Origin: Chiloscyllium plagiosum
Taxonomy: Eukaryota
NCBI RefSeq assembly: GCF_004010195.1
Contig: NC_057728.1
Location: 49,029,361-49,086,088 of the forward strand
Length of the DNA: 56,728 nucleotides
Direction: 5' to 3'
Numbering within the stretch: position 1 is the first letter of the stretch; each line of letters begins with the position of its first letter. Positions 1 to 11,019 of this stretch are shown in pieces. The notes beneath the pieces are model-generated. The model made no database searches, was not told the DNA's origin, and saw nothing but the letters and a program-made list of their open reading frames with translations. A program made the position numbers and the translations under genes.

Positions 1-200
1 AAATACCCCCAGTGTCAGAGGGGGGAGTGAGGGAAATACCACCCAGTGACAGAGGGGGGAATGAGGAAAATACCCCCAGTGTCAGAGGGGGAGTGAGGGA
101 AATACCACCCAGTGACAGAGAGGGAGTGAGGGAAATACAACCCAGTGACGGGTGGGGGAGTAAGGAATACCCCCAGTGACAGAGGGGGGAGTGAGGGAAA
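1..200. repeat. G-rich minisatellite, ~33-bp unit, ~6 copies (truncated by window start)
   Basis: Unit AAATACC(A/C)CCCAGTG(T/A)CAGAGGGGGGAGTGAGGG recurs at about 1, 34, 68, 100, 133 and 166. Confidence 0.9.
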
Positions 201-850
201 CACTAAGAGTAATGCTAAGTCTTCCCTAGTGACAGAGTCAATGTTTTGTCACTGTCTCTCAATTCTACTTCAGGGCCATCTCACCTGGCCATGTGTGATG
301 CAGTTAAAATACTTCCCAGCTTGCATCAATGGCTGAAAGCTTATTTTCTGTTGAAGTTGTTGGTGAACATCTTCAAGGCAATAAAGATTCAGTTTAGAAG
401 TGAAATTCCTGCTGAATGTATTTTGTCATGCAGATTGGCATTGAGTCAAAAACAACACTCCTAGGTTAAACGTAGAAAGAATTGTCAGGTTATTGGGTTG
501 AAATCAGAGAATTTCCACTCTGGAACAATATTTTGTAGTTCAGCATTTATTACTGGTTAGTTCAATGTAGTAATGAGATGTTCTTCTTGTCCCTCAAGAA
601 AAATACCTTGCTCACACTTGATGTCTGCCCTCACATATTAGAATGACTATTTGTGTATGTGGGGATTGGAGGCATATCTGAGATGATTCAATGTTTGCTA
701 AAGAGGGAGCAATATAAAATCAAAATATTTAAAAACATTTTTGGAATGTATGAAGACTTATTTCAAAAAGGAGTTTATAGTTCCAATTTCATCAGCCCAA
801 AAACAACACATCTGAACTGTTAAATGAACATGTTTAAGTCAGATGATAAT

Positions 851-3365
851 TAGAGTCATAGAGATGTACAGCACGGAAACAGACCCTTCAGTCCAACTCA
901 TCCATGCTAACCAGATATCCTAACCTAATAGACAACAGACAATAGGTGCATGAGTAGGCCATTCTGCCCTTCGAGCCTGTACCACCATTCAATATGATCA
1001 TGGCTGATCATCCTTAATCAGTATCCTGTTCCTGCCTTATCTCCATAACCCTTGATTCCACAATCCTTGAGAGCTCTATCCAACTCTTTCTTAAATGAAT
1101 CCAGAGACTGGGCCTCCATTGTCCTCTGGGACAGAGCATTCCACACAGTCACCACTCTCTGGGTGAAGAAGTTTCTCCTCATCTCTGTCCTAAATGGTCT
1201 ACCCCTTATTTTTAAGCTGTGTCCTCTGGTTCGACACTCACCCATCAGCGGAAACATNNNNNNNNNNNNNNNNNNNNNNNNNNNNNNNNNNNNNNNNNNN
1301 NNNNNNNNNNNNNNNNNNNNNNNNNNNNNNNNNNNNNNNNNNNNNNNNNNNNNNNNNNNNNNNNNNNNNNNNNNNNNNNNNNNNNNNNNNNNNNNNNNNN
1401 NNNNNNNNNNNNNNNNNNNNNNNNNNNNNNNNNNNNNNNNNNNNNNNNNNNNNNNNNNNNNNNNNNNNNNNNNNNNNNNNNNNNNNNNNNNNNNNNNNNN
1501 NNNNNNNNNNNNNNNNNNNNNNNNNNNNNNNNNNNNNNNNNNNNNNNNNNNNNNNNNNNNNNNNNNNNNNNNNNNNNNNNNNNNNNNNNNNNNNNNNNNN
1601 NNNNNNNNNNNNNNNNNNNNNNNNNNNNNNNNNNNNNNNNNNNNNNNNNNNNNNNNNNNNNNNNNNNNNNNNNNNNNNNNNNNNNNNNNNNNNNNNNNNN
1701 NNNNNNNNNNNNNNNNNNNNNNNNNNNNNNNNNNNNNNNNNNNNNNNNNNNNNNNNNNNNNNNNNNNNNNNNNNNNNNNNNNNNNNNNNNNNNNNNNNNN
1801 NNNNNNNNNNNNNNNNNNNNNNNNNNNNNNNNNNNNNNNNNNNNNNNNNNNNNNNNNNNNNNNNNNNNNNNNNNNNNNNNNNNNNNNNNNNNNNNNNNNN
1901 NNNNNNNNNNNNNNNNNNNNNNNNNNNNNNNNNNNNNNNNNNNNNNNNNNNNNNNNNNNNNNNNNNNNNNNNNNNNNNNNNNNNNNNNNNNNNNNNNNNN
2001 NNNNNNNNNNNNNNNNNAGAGGATTAGTCAAGCATGATTTCCCCTTCATAAATCCATGCTGCCTCTGACCTATCCTGTTACTACTATCCAGATGTGTCGT
2101 AATTTCATCCTTTATAATAGACTCCAGCATCTTTCCCACCACTGAGGTCAGACTAACTGGTCTATAATTTCCTGCTTTCTCTCTCCCACCTTTCTTAAAA
2201 AGTGGTACAATATTAGCCATCCTCCAATCCGCAGGAACTGATCCCGAATCTATCGAACTCTGGAAAATAATCACCAATGCATCCACAATTTCTCGAGCCA
2301 CCTCCTTCAGTACCCTGGGATGTAGACCATCAGGCCCCGGGGACTTATCAACCTTCAGACCTAACAGTCTCTCTCCAACACCAATTCCTGGCAAATATAA
2401 ATTCCCTTCAGTTCAGATCCTTCAGCCACTGTTACCTCAGGGAGATTGCTTGTGTCTTCCCCAGTGAACACAGATCTGAAGTACCAATTCAATTCTTCTG
2501 CCATTTCTTTGCTCCCCATAATATATTCCCCTGTTTCTGTCTTCAAGGGCCCAATTTTAGTCTTAACCATTTTTTTGCCTTTCACATACCTAAAAAAACT
2601 TTTACTATCCTCTTTATATTATTGGCCGGTTTACTTTCGTACCTCATTTTTTTCTCTGCATATTTCCTTTTTAGTAATCTATTCCCATTTGCCAGCACTT
2701 GGACCCTATCCCTCTAAACCCTTCCTATTCATATTCCCATCCAGAAGGCTTTTAAATGCTGTAATTTTACCAGCCTCCACCACCTCCTCTGGCCACTCAT
2801 TCCATACAAGCACCACCCTCTGCACAACAAAGCTGCCTCTTAGATCCCTTTTAAATCTTTCCCCTCTCACCTTAAACCTAAGCCTCTAGTTTTGGACTCC
2901 TCCACCCTGGGGAAAAGACCTTGTTTATTTACCCTATCCATGCCCCTCATGATTTTATAAATCTCTATAAGGTCAGCTGTCAGCCTCCGACGCTCCAGGG
3001 AAAATAGCCCCAACCTATTCAGCCTCTCCCTATAGCTAAACCCTCCAACAATGGCAACATCTTTGTAAATCTTTTCTGAACCCGTTCAAGTTTCACAATA
3101 TCCTTGCAATAGCAGGTAGACCAGAACTGAATGCAGTATTCCAAAAGTGGCCTGACCAATGTCCTGTACAGCAGCAACATGACCTCCCAAATCCTATACT
3201 CAATGCAAAGACCAATAAATACCAAACACCTTCTTCACTATCCTATCTTCCTGGGACTCCACTTTCAAGGAACTATGAACCTGCACTCCAAGGTCTCTGT
3301 TCAGCAACACTCCACTGGACCTTACCATTCAATGTATAAGTCCTGCCCTGATTTGCCTTTGAAGC
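851..3365 (-). mobile_element. CR1/HER1-type LINE 3' fragment (outer copy; pieces ~851-929 and ~2678-3365)
   Basis: 3' tail TAGAGTCATAGAGATGTACAGC...; the ORF2 C-terminus (LYRTLVRPLLEYCIQFWS) is in ORF 3019-3225. The tail stops at ~929 and resumes at ~2678. Confidence 0.85.
930..2677 (-). mobile_element. CR1-type LINE (second subfamily) nested in the tail of the outer CR1; spans an assembly gap
   Basis: ORF 1018-2394 has KSPGPDGLHPRVLKE, GNYRPVSLTSVVGK and QHGFMKGKSCLTN, then the C-terminal RNFFTQRVV..WN. Confidence 0.92.
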
Positions 3366-3644
3366 AATAGTCCTATGTTAGACTACAATTTTTAAAAATA
3401 ATTCATTCACAGGATGTGGGCATTACTGGCAAGACAGCATTCATTGCCCATCTTTAATTATCCTGAGGTTAGTTAACAGTCAGCCTCGTTTCTGTGGGTC
3501 TGGAGTCACATGTAGTCCATACCAGGTAAGGACAGCAGTTTCCTTTCCTAAAAGACAGTAGTGAACTAGATGGCTGTTCCCCAGCAATCAACAATGGTTT
3601 CTCTGGTTATCTTAATTCCAGACTTTTTAAAACTTGAATTCAAA

Positions 3645-3850
3645 TTCCACTCCGAAGAGCAACCCACCCAGACCCATTCCCCTACATTTACCCCTTCAGC
3701 TAACACTACAGGCAATTTAGCATGGCCAATTCACCTAACCTGCACATTTTTTGGACAGTGGGAGGAAACCCACACAGACATGGGGAGAATGTGCAAACTC
3801 CACACAGACGGTTGCCTGAGGTGGGAATTGAACCCAGGTCCCCAGCATGT
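3645..3850 (-). mobile_element. HE1-type SINE fragment
   Basis: Reverse-complement similarity to the 4106-4427 copy (GGCAATTTAGCATGGCCAATTCACCTAACCTGCACAT). Confidence 0.75.
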
Positions 3851-4105
3851 GAAACTCCATTAGGAAACCAAAATAACCAAATTTACTGATTGATTCTACT
3901 TTTTGAAGGTTTTACTTTAAGATGACTCAAAACCAACACAAATTACACAAGAATGAGCAAACTATTTATACTTCAATAAAAATTGTATATTTCCCATTAT
4001 CAATAAATATGTATCTTATGTAACCATAAGCATTCATATCATTTCCTGCTCAAATGAGGCATGACATAGCTACACAATTTCTCAATATGCTGTTCTTTAT
4101 TCAGT

Positions 4106-4427
4106 GGGCGGCACGGTGGCACAGTGGTTAGCACTGCTGCCTCACAGCGCCAGAGACCCGGGTTCAATTCCTGCCTCAGGCGACTGACTGTGTGGAGTTT
4201 GCACGTTCTCCCCGTGTCTGCGTGGGTTTCCTCCGGGTGCTCCGGTTTCCTCCCACAGTCCAAAGATGTGCAGGGTCAGGTGAATTGGCCATACTAAATT
4301 GCCCGTAGTGTTAGGTAAGGGGTAAATGTAGGGGTATGGGTGGGTTTCGCTTTGGCGGGTCGGTGTGGACTTGTTGGGCCGAAGGGCCTGTTTCCACACT
4401 GTAATGTAATCTAATCTAATCTAATCT
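4106..4427 (+). mobile_element. Full-length HE1-type tRNA-derived SINE, young copy
   Basis: tRNA head with A box (TGGCACAGTGG) and B box (GGTTCAATTCC), central domain, CR1-like tail GAAGGGCCTGTTTCCACACTGTA and (CTAAT)n tail. Confidence 0.9.
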
Positions 4428-5084
4428 ATTCGTGCAGGGTAAGTCGGGAATCCTACTGATAAAGGTGTTCACCTTCAAGTTTCATGGATATGATTATCAT
4501 CAGCAAGGCATGCTTCTACAAAATCCCTCTCCCTTGGGCACAGCAGGTCGGATGGTGTAGCTTTCTAAAGTTCGTTTTCAAGCAGCTGACCATGAACACT
4601 CCATGAAAACACCAAACACCTTTGGGCCATTTCTGCAAAAGCAACAAGCTCTTTAGTGGCTCCTAAGGATTCACAGCTTTGCAGGTTAGATCATTTTAGC
4701 AAGATCATGCATTGCCTCCAAGAACTCCTGACCCGTTTTCTGTCAAACAGAAAAACTGACCTATTCCAGAGCTTTTTTGTTTCACCTCATCAAAAGAATG
4801 CTTTATATTTCTCTGACTTTGCACCTGTGCACTGATCACCATGACCTTCCTCACCAGAATCCCCTCTTCCCCCCTGCTCCTCTGCTTTTAGATCTTTGTT
4901 CCTGACCACCACACAGCTTCTTTCTTAACTCCCTGTTTGTACTAGATTCAAGTCAGTCATTGTCACATCATGTGGATGAATATTTCTTATTATCCTAAAG
5001 GCTGACAATTGATCCCTTTAGAAATAATGTAAATTCCTAAAAATCCTTTTCAAACATTTCATTAAAAATAATTACAGATTTTAC

Positions 5085-7005
5085 AGAATCTGCTGACTGG
5101 GCCATGTTCAAACAGTCCGCAGGTACCTTGGACGAGTATACCACCACCATCACAGACTTTATCAGCAAGTGTGTGGAGTACTGTATACAGCGTAAGTCAA
5201 TCCGGTGTTCCCCAACAGAAAACTCTGGATGAATCAGGACATACAGAACCTGCTAAAAACTAGACGTGAGGCCTTCAGATCAAAAGGCCCACTCAAATGT
5301 AAGGAATCCAAGTATGACCTTTGCAGAGCCATTAAGACATCCAAGGACCAATACCCGATCCAAACTAGAGACCCAGACAGATACACATCGACAATGGCAA
5401 GGACTGAATGACATCACAGGTTCTAAAAAGAAACAGTGCAAGATAGCAGACGATGACAGATCCCTCCCAGATCGTCTCAACACCATCTATGCTCACTTTG
5501 AGATCCTGACGAATCTATGCCGACAATCATCACAATAAAGGTCAGATCAGTTTTCCTTCGTGTGAATCCAAATGATGGGACCAGACGGAGTACCAGGCCC
5601 TGTACTCAAAACACACACAGATCAACTGGCAGAGGTCTTCTCGGACATCTTCAACCTCTCCCCGTAGCAGGCCACTGTCCTTGCCAGTTTCAAGAGGGCC
5701 CACATCATCCCTGTGCCTAAGAAGGCTTATGCAGCACGTCTCAATGGCCAATGGCCCTAACTTGCTTTGAAAGGCTGGTCATGGCATTAATCAACTCCAG
5801 CCTACCCACTACTCTTGACCCACTCCAAATTGCCTATCGCACCAACAGATCCATGTCAGATGCCATATCACTTGCCCTTCACTCCTCCCTAGAACATCTT
5901 GGCACCATGAACAGCTACGTAAGAATCCTACTTATTGACCACAATTCAGCCTTCAAACTATTATCCATCGAGACTGATTACTTAGTGATCTCGGACTAAG
6001 CCCCACTCTCTGCAACTGGATCTTCAGTTTCCTGACCCACAGGCCACAATCAGTGAAGATTGGGGACAATATTTAATCTTCACTAACACTCAACACTGGA
6101 GCCCCCGAGGGGTGTATACTCAGCCCCCTACTATACTCGCTGTATACCCATCACTGTGTTACCAAATACCAGACTAATGCCATTTACAAGTTTGCTGATG
6201 ACACCGCCACAATCGGTCAAATCTCAGATGGCGACAAAACAGATTATAGACGGAAGGTGGAAGAACTGGAAAAATGGTGCATTGAGAACAACCTAGCTCT
6301 CAATGCCAGCAAAACCAAGGAACTCATTACTGACTTTCGGCAGGATGTTACTCATGCCCCCCCCCTTCACATGAACAGCACAGAGGTGGAACGAGTGGAG
6401 AGTGTCAAGCTCCTGGGAATGGTCATTCACAACAAACTTTCTTGGACTCTTCATGTGGCCACACTGGTTACAAAGGCCCAACGACGTCTTCTTCTTCAGG
6501 CAGCTGAGGAAATTTGGCATGACGGCGAATACCCATACCAACATTTATAGGTGCGCCATCGAGAGCATTCTATCTGGATGTATCACTACCTGGTATGGCA
6601 ACTATATCATTCAAGATCAGAAACAGTTACAGAGAGGGGTGAACTCAGCTTGGACAACCACAAAGGCCAACCTTCCATCTTTAGAATCAATCTACCAGAC
6701 CCGCATTCAAGGAAAGGCCGCCAGCATTCTTAAAGATCCATCCCACCCTGGCAATGTTTTTCTACAACCTCTACCATCGGGGAGAAGGTACAGAAGCCTG
6801 AACACACAGTTTATACCCTACTGTTGTTAGAATACTGAATGGATTCACAAACTCTTAACATTCACCTGTACCTGTGTTTTTGCCACTGTTTACCCATTAT
6901 TTATTTATCTATGCTACGTAACTCTGTGATCTGCCTGAATTGCTCACAAGACAAAGGTTTTTCACTGTGCCTCAGTACACATGACAATAAATTCAATTCA
7001 ATTCA
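5085..7005 (+). mobile_element. Rex1/Babar-type LINE, 5'-truncated and frameshifted RT
   Basis: LDPLQIAYRTNRS, KFADDT, WCIENNLALNASKTKELITDFRQ, IESILSGCITTWYGN and LPSGRRYRS; ends in AATAAA plus (ATTCA)n. Confidence 0.85.
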
Positions 7006-7544
7006 CCTGAAGAAATTACAAATTTTATTTGCTATACTGCTTCCAACCTCAAATGTCATCTTTAAAGAAATAGAAATACTTTCTTAATTCATGTTATGCT
7101 TAGGTACAAAATATTTTCTAATCAACTGTTCAGGGATGTTATTATACACCTCTAGAGCAGCTGGGACTTGAATCTAAGCCACTCGGCTCAAAGGGACACT
7201 ACAACATATGCTGGCTTCGGTGATCTGGATTAGTACTCAGCCTTTGCACTGCTGGCTTTCAGTCTACTGGGATTGATGGCATATAAATCTCCTCTTAGCT
7301 TTAGGACCCCTACAAAAAATTAAATTTGAGCAGAGTGAGTTAACTTAGGTAAAGATGAACCTCAGCCTCAAATCATCCATCATGGCCTACAGTTGACAAT
7401 CTTATTGGGTTGCTTGTGAGAGTATTGCTGTTGAGTTCAGATACTGTTCAAGTGGTGTGAGAGGCGAAGGAATCTTTCTCCTGCACGTAGCTTTGCAATA
7501 CCTGGCTGACAGTATTGTGTACGTGTCCAAAAAGGATATCCCTC

Positions 7545-8010
7545 ACCATACATAAGAATACAGGAAATAGGAGCAGGAGTAGGCATCTGGCCCCTCAAGC
7601 CTATTCCACCATTCTTTTCATGGACTCCGCTCCACTTACCCACTTGCTCACCATAACCCGGAATTCCTTTACACTTCAAAATCTATCTATCTATGCCTTA
7701 AAAACATGTCATGAGGTTGCCTCAACTGCTTTACGGGGCAGGGAATCCACAGATTCACAACCCTTTGGGTGAAGAAGTTTATCCTCAATTCAGTCCGAAA
7801 TCTGCTTTCCCTTCTTTTGAAGCTGTTCCCCCTCGTTCTAGTTTCACTCACCAGTGAAAACAATCTCCCTGCTTCAATCTTATCTATTTCCTTCATAAAT
7901 GTATGTTTTGATAAGATTTCCCCCTCATTCTTCTAAATTTCAACAAACGTAGTCCCAGTCTACTCAATCTCCCTTCAAAAGCCACCTCTTTCAATTCTGG
8001 AATCAAACAA
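7545..8010 (-). mobile_element. CR1 LINE 3' fragment
   Basis: ORF 7687-7896 has TRTRGNSF..FRTELRINFFTQRVVNLW; CATAAGAA tail. Confidence 0.8.
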
Positions 8011-8251
8011 TTTTTAAATTTAATTCAAAGGTTTTGCAATGCACAATTTTTGTAACGACACTGGGGAAATCTTGACTTTGTAAAATTAAGAGATCACTTA
8101 GTGCTTCATTCTTAACAACCAAGAATAGTGCATTGTTACTCCTTTTCTCTTGTTTCAATAGTTCTGTTTGTTGCCATTTTTGTATTCTGCTCAGATTCTC
8201 AACTTCTGTCTTAAAGAGAACCCACCAAAACTGTCACAGTTGAAATATCAG

Positions 8252-8436
8252 GGTTAGAATGATGCTGAAAAAGGACAGATCAGGCAGCATCCGAGGAGCA
8301 GGAAAATCGACGTTTCATCAGGGTTGCCTGAAACGTCGATTTTCTTGCTCCTGGGATGCTGCCTGACCTGCTGTGCTTTTCCAGCGCCACTCTAATCTAG
8401 ACTCTCATCTCCAGCATCTGCAGTACACACTTCATG
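8252..8436. mobile_element. Hairpin-shaped PLE derivative
   Basis: Inverted arms CAGGCAGCATCC..GAAAATCGACGTTTC / GAAACGTCGATTTTC..GGATGCTGCCTG; imperfect 15-bp flanking repeat ACAGTTGAA(A/G)TA(T/C)CA. Confidence 0.8.
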
Positions 8437-8590
8437 ACAGTTGAAGTACCAACAAGTCCAAAATGGTCAAATTGCCATTGGACCTGCATCAATGTTTGAA
8501 AGGCAAAGAGTTGAAGATCCATCACCAATAAAAATCACACAGCGAGAACTTTGGAAACTACTTTTCATCAATCAACATTGGAAAGAAAAC

Positions 8591-8620
8591 AACACCCTCT
8601 GGTGACAAATTCAGACTGCC
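8591..8620 (-). promoter_or_regulatory. Candidate CTCF site
   Basis: Minus strand reads GGCAGTC-tgaatttg-TCACCAGAGGGTGTT: a core-like CACCAGAGGGTG with an upstream GCAG module. Confidence 0.45.
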
Positions 8621-8663
8621 ATAATCTCCAATATTGAGGATCAAAGGGAAATAGCTGCTATTT

Positions 8664-8695
8664 GATGGCCCCTAGTGGTTAATATTGTAACTGCG
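8664..8695 (-). promoter_or_regulatory. Candidate CTCF site
   Basis: Minus strand reads GCAGTTAC-aatatt-AACCACTAGGGGCCATC: core CCACTAGGGG with an upstream GCAG module. Confidence 0.55.
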
Positions 8696-10683
8696 TATTA
8701 GTCTTTATGCACAAAAAGTTTGGAGATAGGGATTTCATGATGATCAAAAGTGAAAAATCAAGAATAAATGTAAAAGAATTGTATAACTAATTCTGTAACA
8801 TGATTTTAATGACATCTGAATGACTGATATGAAATGTTACATAATCATTTCCCAAGTATAGCTGCTTTCTATTTTTGAAATACAAACCTTTGAAACTTTC
8901 AAAACAATGTTAACTAATTTGATCATCCATATTTGAAACAAAGTTTCTTTTTTGCTTTTATTTGAAGAGTAAATTATACCAAACATCAGACTAATCAAGA
9001 TTGTATGGATTCAATACAAAACTGGGTGTTGTATTTAATGGGAATATTTTATAAACCTTTCTTGAAACTCAGCCATTTCAGAGTTGCCTCTATTATCCAT
9101 ATTGAGGTTCAGCAATCAAAATACCAATCACTGAGAAATATAAAATATGAACAATTTTATGCAGTTTTTGCAATAACTGCCAGTGGGTCTTTAGTCATAT
9201 GAAATGGCTAAGCTAATCATTGTATATTAAAACACTTTCCAATTTAACATCAAATCAAATACATTTATCAATTTGGCCCAAACAATATAGTAGTGTTGCA
9301 GTGATCATATTCAACTAGTAATCTAAAAGTCCAGGCTAATGCTTTAGGGACATGGGTTCAAATCTCATAAAAGCATTGGGTGGTATTTAAATTCAACTGG
9401 TAAACCTGAAATTAAAATCCACTGTCAGTGACAAAGAGCAGGATAATCATGATTGGTTTTGGTTCTTAGTGTTCTTCCATGAAATGGTGTAGTTCAAGGG
9501 CAATTAGAGACACGCAACAAATGCTAGTCTTGCCAGCAACACCCATACCCCATCAAAGAAAAACAAGTTTAAAATAACTATACTGCCTTACAAATAAGTG
9601 AGATCATGTTAAATAAAACTATTTGGTCCGAAGTACTGGAATTTGAAAAGAAGTTATCAATAGAATTTACATAATTAGCTAATCAATTCCAGTGAAAATA
9701 CATTTATCTATCAGACATCCAGGCCTAATCTTTCATAGAACATAACAGCGCAGTACAGGACCTCGATGTTGCACCAACCTATGGAACCAATCTGAAGCCT
9801 ACACTATTCCATTCTCGTCCATATGCCTATCCAATGACTATTTAAATGCACTTAAAGTTAGCAAGTCTATTACTGTTGCCGGTAGTGCGTTCCACAGCCC
9901 TACTACTCAGAGTAAAGAAAATACCTCTGACATCTGTCCTACATCTATCACCCCTCAATTTAAAGCTATGTCCCCACTGTGCTAGCCATCGCCATCCGCA
10001 GAAAAAGCTCTGTCTGACCTATCTAACTCAATGATTATCTTATATGTCACAATTAAGTCACCTCTCAACCTTGTTCCCTCTAACAAAAACAGCCTCAAGT
10101 CCCTCAGCCTTTCCCCATAAGACCTTCCCTCCAGACCAGGCAACATCCTAGTAAATCTCCTCTGAATCCTTTCCAAAGCGTCCACATCCTTCCTATAGTG
10201 CAGTGACCAGAACAGTATGCAATACACCAAATATGGCCACTCCAGAGTTTTGTATACCTGAAGCATGATCTCCTGTTCTGAAACTCAATCCCTCGACCAA
10301 TAAAAGCTAACACATTGTATGTCTTCTTAACAACCCTACCAACCTGGGTGGCAACTTTCAAGAATCTATGTACTTGGACATCAAGATATCTGCTCATCTA
10401 CACTAACAAGAATCTTACTATTAGCCCAGTACTCTGCATTCCTGTTACTCCTTCCAAAGTGAATCACCTCTCACTTTTCTGCATTAAACTCCATTTTGCC
10501 ACCTCACAACCCAGCTCTGCAGCTTATTGATGTCTCTCTGTAACCTACATCGGTCGTCACTATTCACAACTCTACTAACCTTAGTGTCATCCACAAATTT
10601 ACTAACCCACCCTTCTATGCCCTCATCCAGGTCATTTATAAAAATGATAAATAACAGTGGACGCAAAACAGAGCCTTGCAGTA

Positions 10684-10853
10684 GGAGAAAGTGAGGACTG
10701 CAGATGCTGGAGATCAGAGCTGAAAATGTGTTGCTGGAAAAGCGCAGCAGGTCAGGCAGCATCCAAGGAGCAGGAGAATCAACATTTCGGGCATGAGCCC
10801 TTCTTCAGGAAGCCTGAAGAAGGGATCATGCCCGAAACGTCGATTCTCCAGAT
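10684..10853 (-). mobile_element. Short PLE derivative with 10-bp TSD
   Basis: CCTTGCAGTA at 10674-10683 and 10854-10863; PLE tail GAGAAAGTGAGGACTGCAGATGCTGG; hammerhead-like CTGAAGA..GAAACGTC. Confidence 0.85.
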
Positions 10854-10931
10854 CCTTGCAGTATCCCACTAGTAACTGAATTCCAAGATGAATATTTCCC
10901 ATCAACCACCACCCTGTCTTCTTTCAGCTAG

Positions 10932-11019
10932 GAGAAAGTGGTGAAAAACGTGTGTGGAAAAGCGCAGCAGGTCAGGCAGCATCAAAGGAGCAGGAGAATC
11001 GACGTTTCGGGCATAAGCC
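10932..11019 (-). mobile_element. Short PLE derivative with 14-bp TSD
   Basis: CTTCTTTCAGCTAG at 10918-10931 and 11020-11033. Confidence 0.8.

Noticed and set aside
1018..2394. Long ORFs (458, 338, 277 and 272 aa) crossing 1258-2018, and similar ORFs at 25843-26665 and 30136-30845
   Set aside because: Their length comes from N gaps; the real parts are CR1 or PLE fragments.
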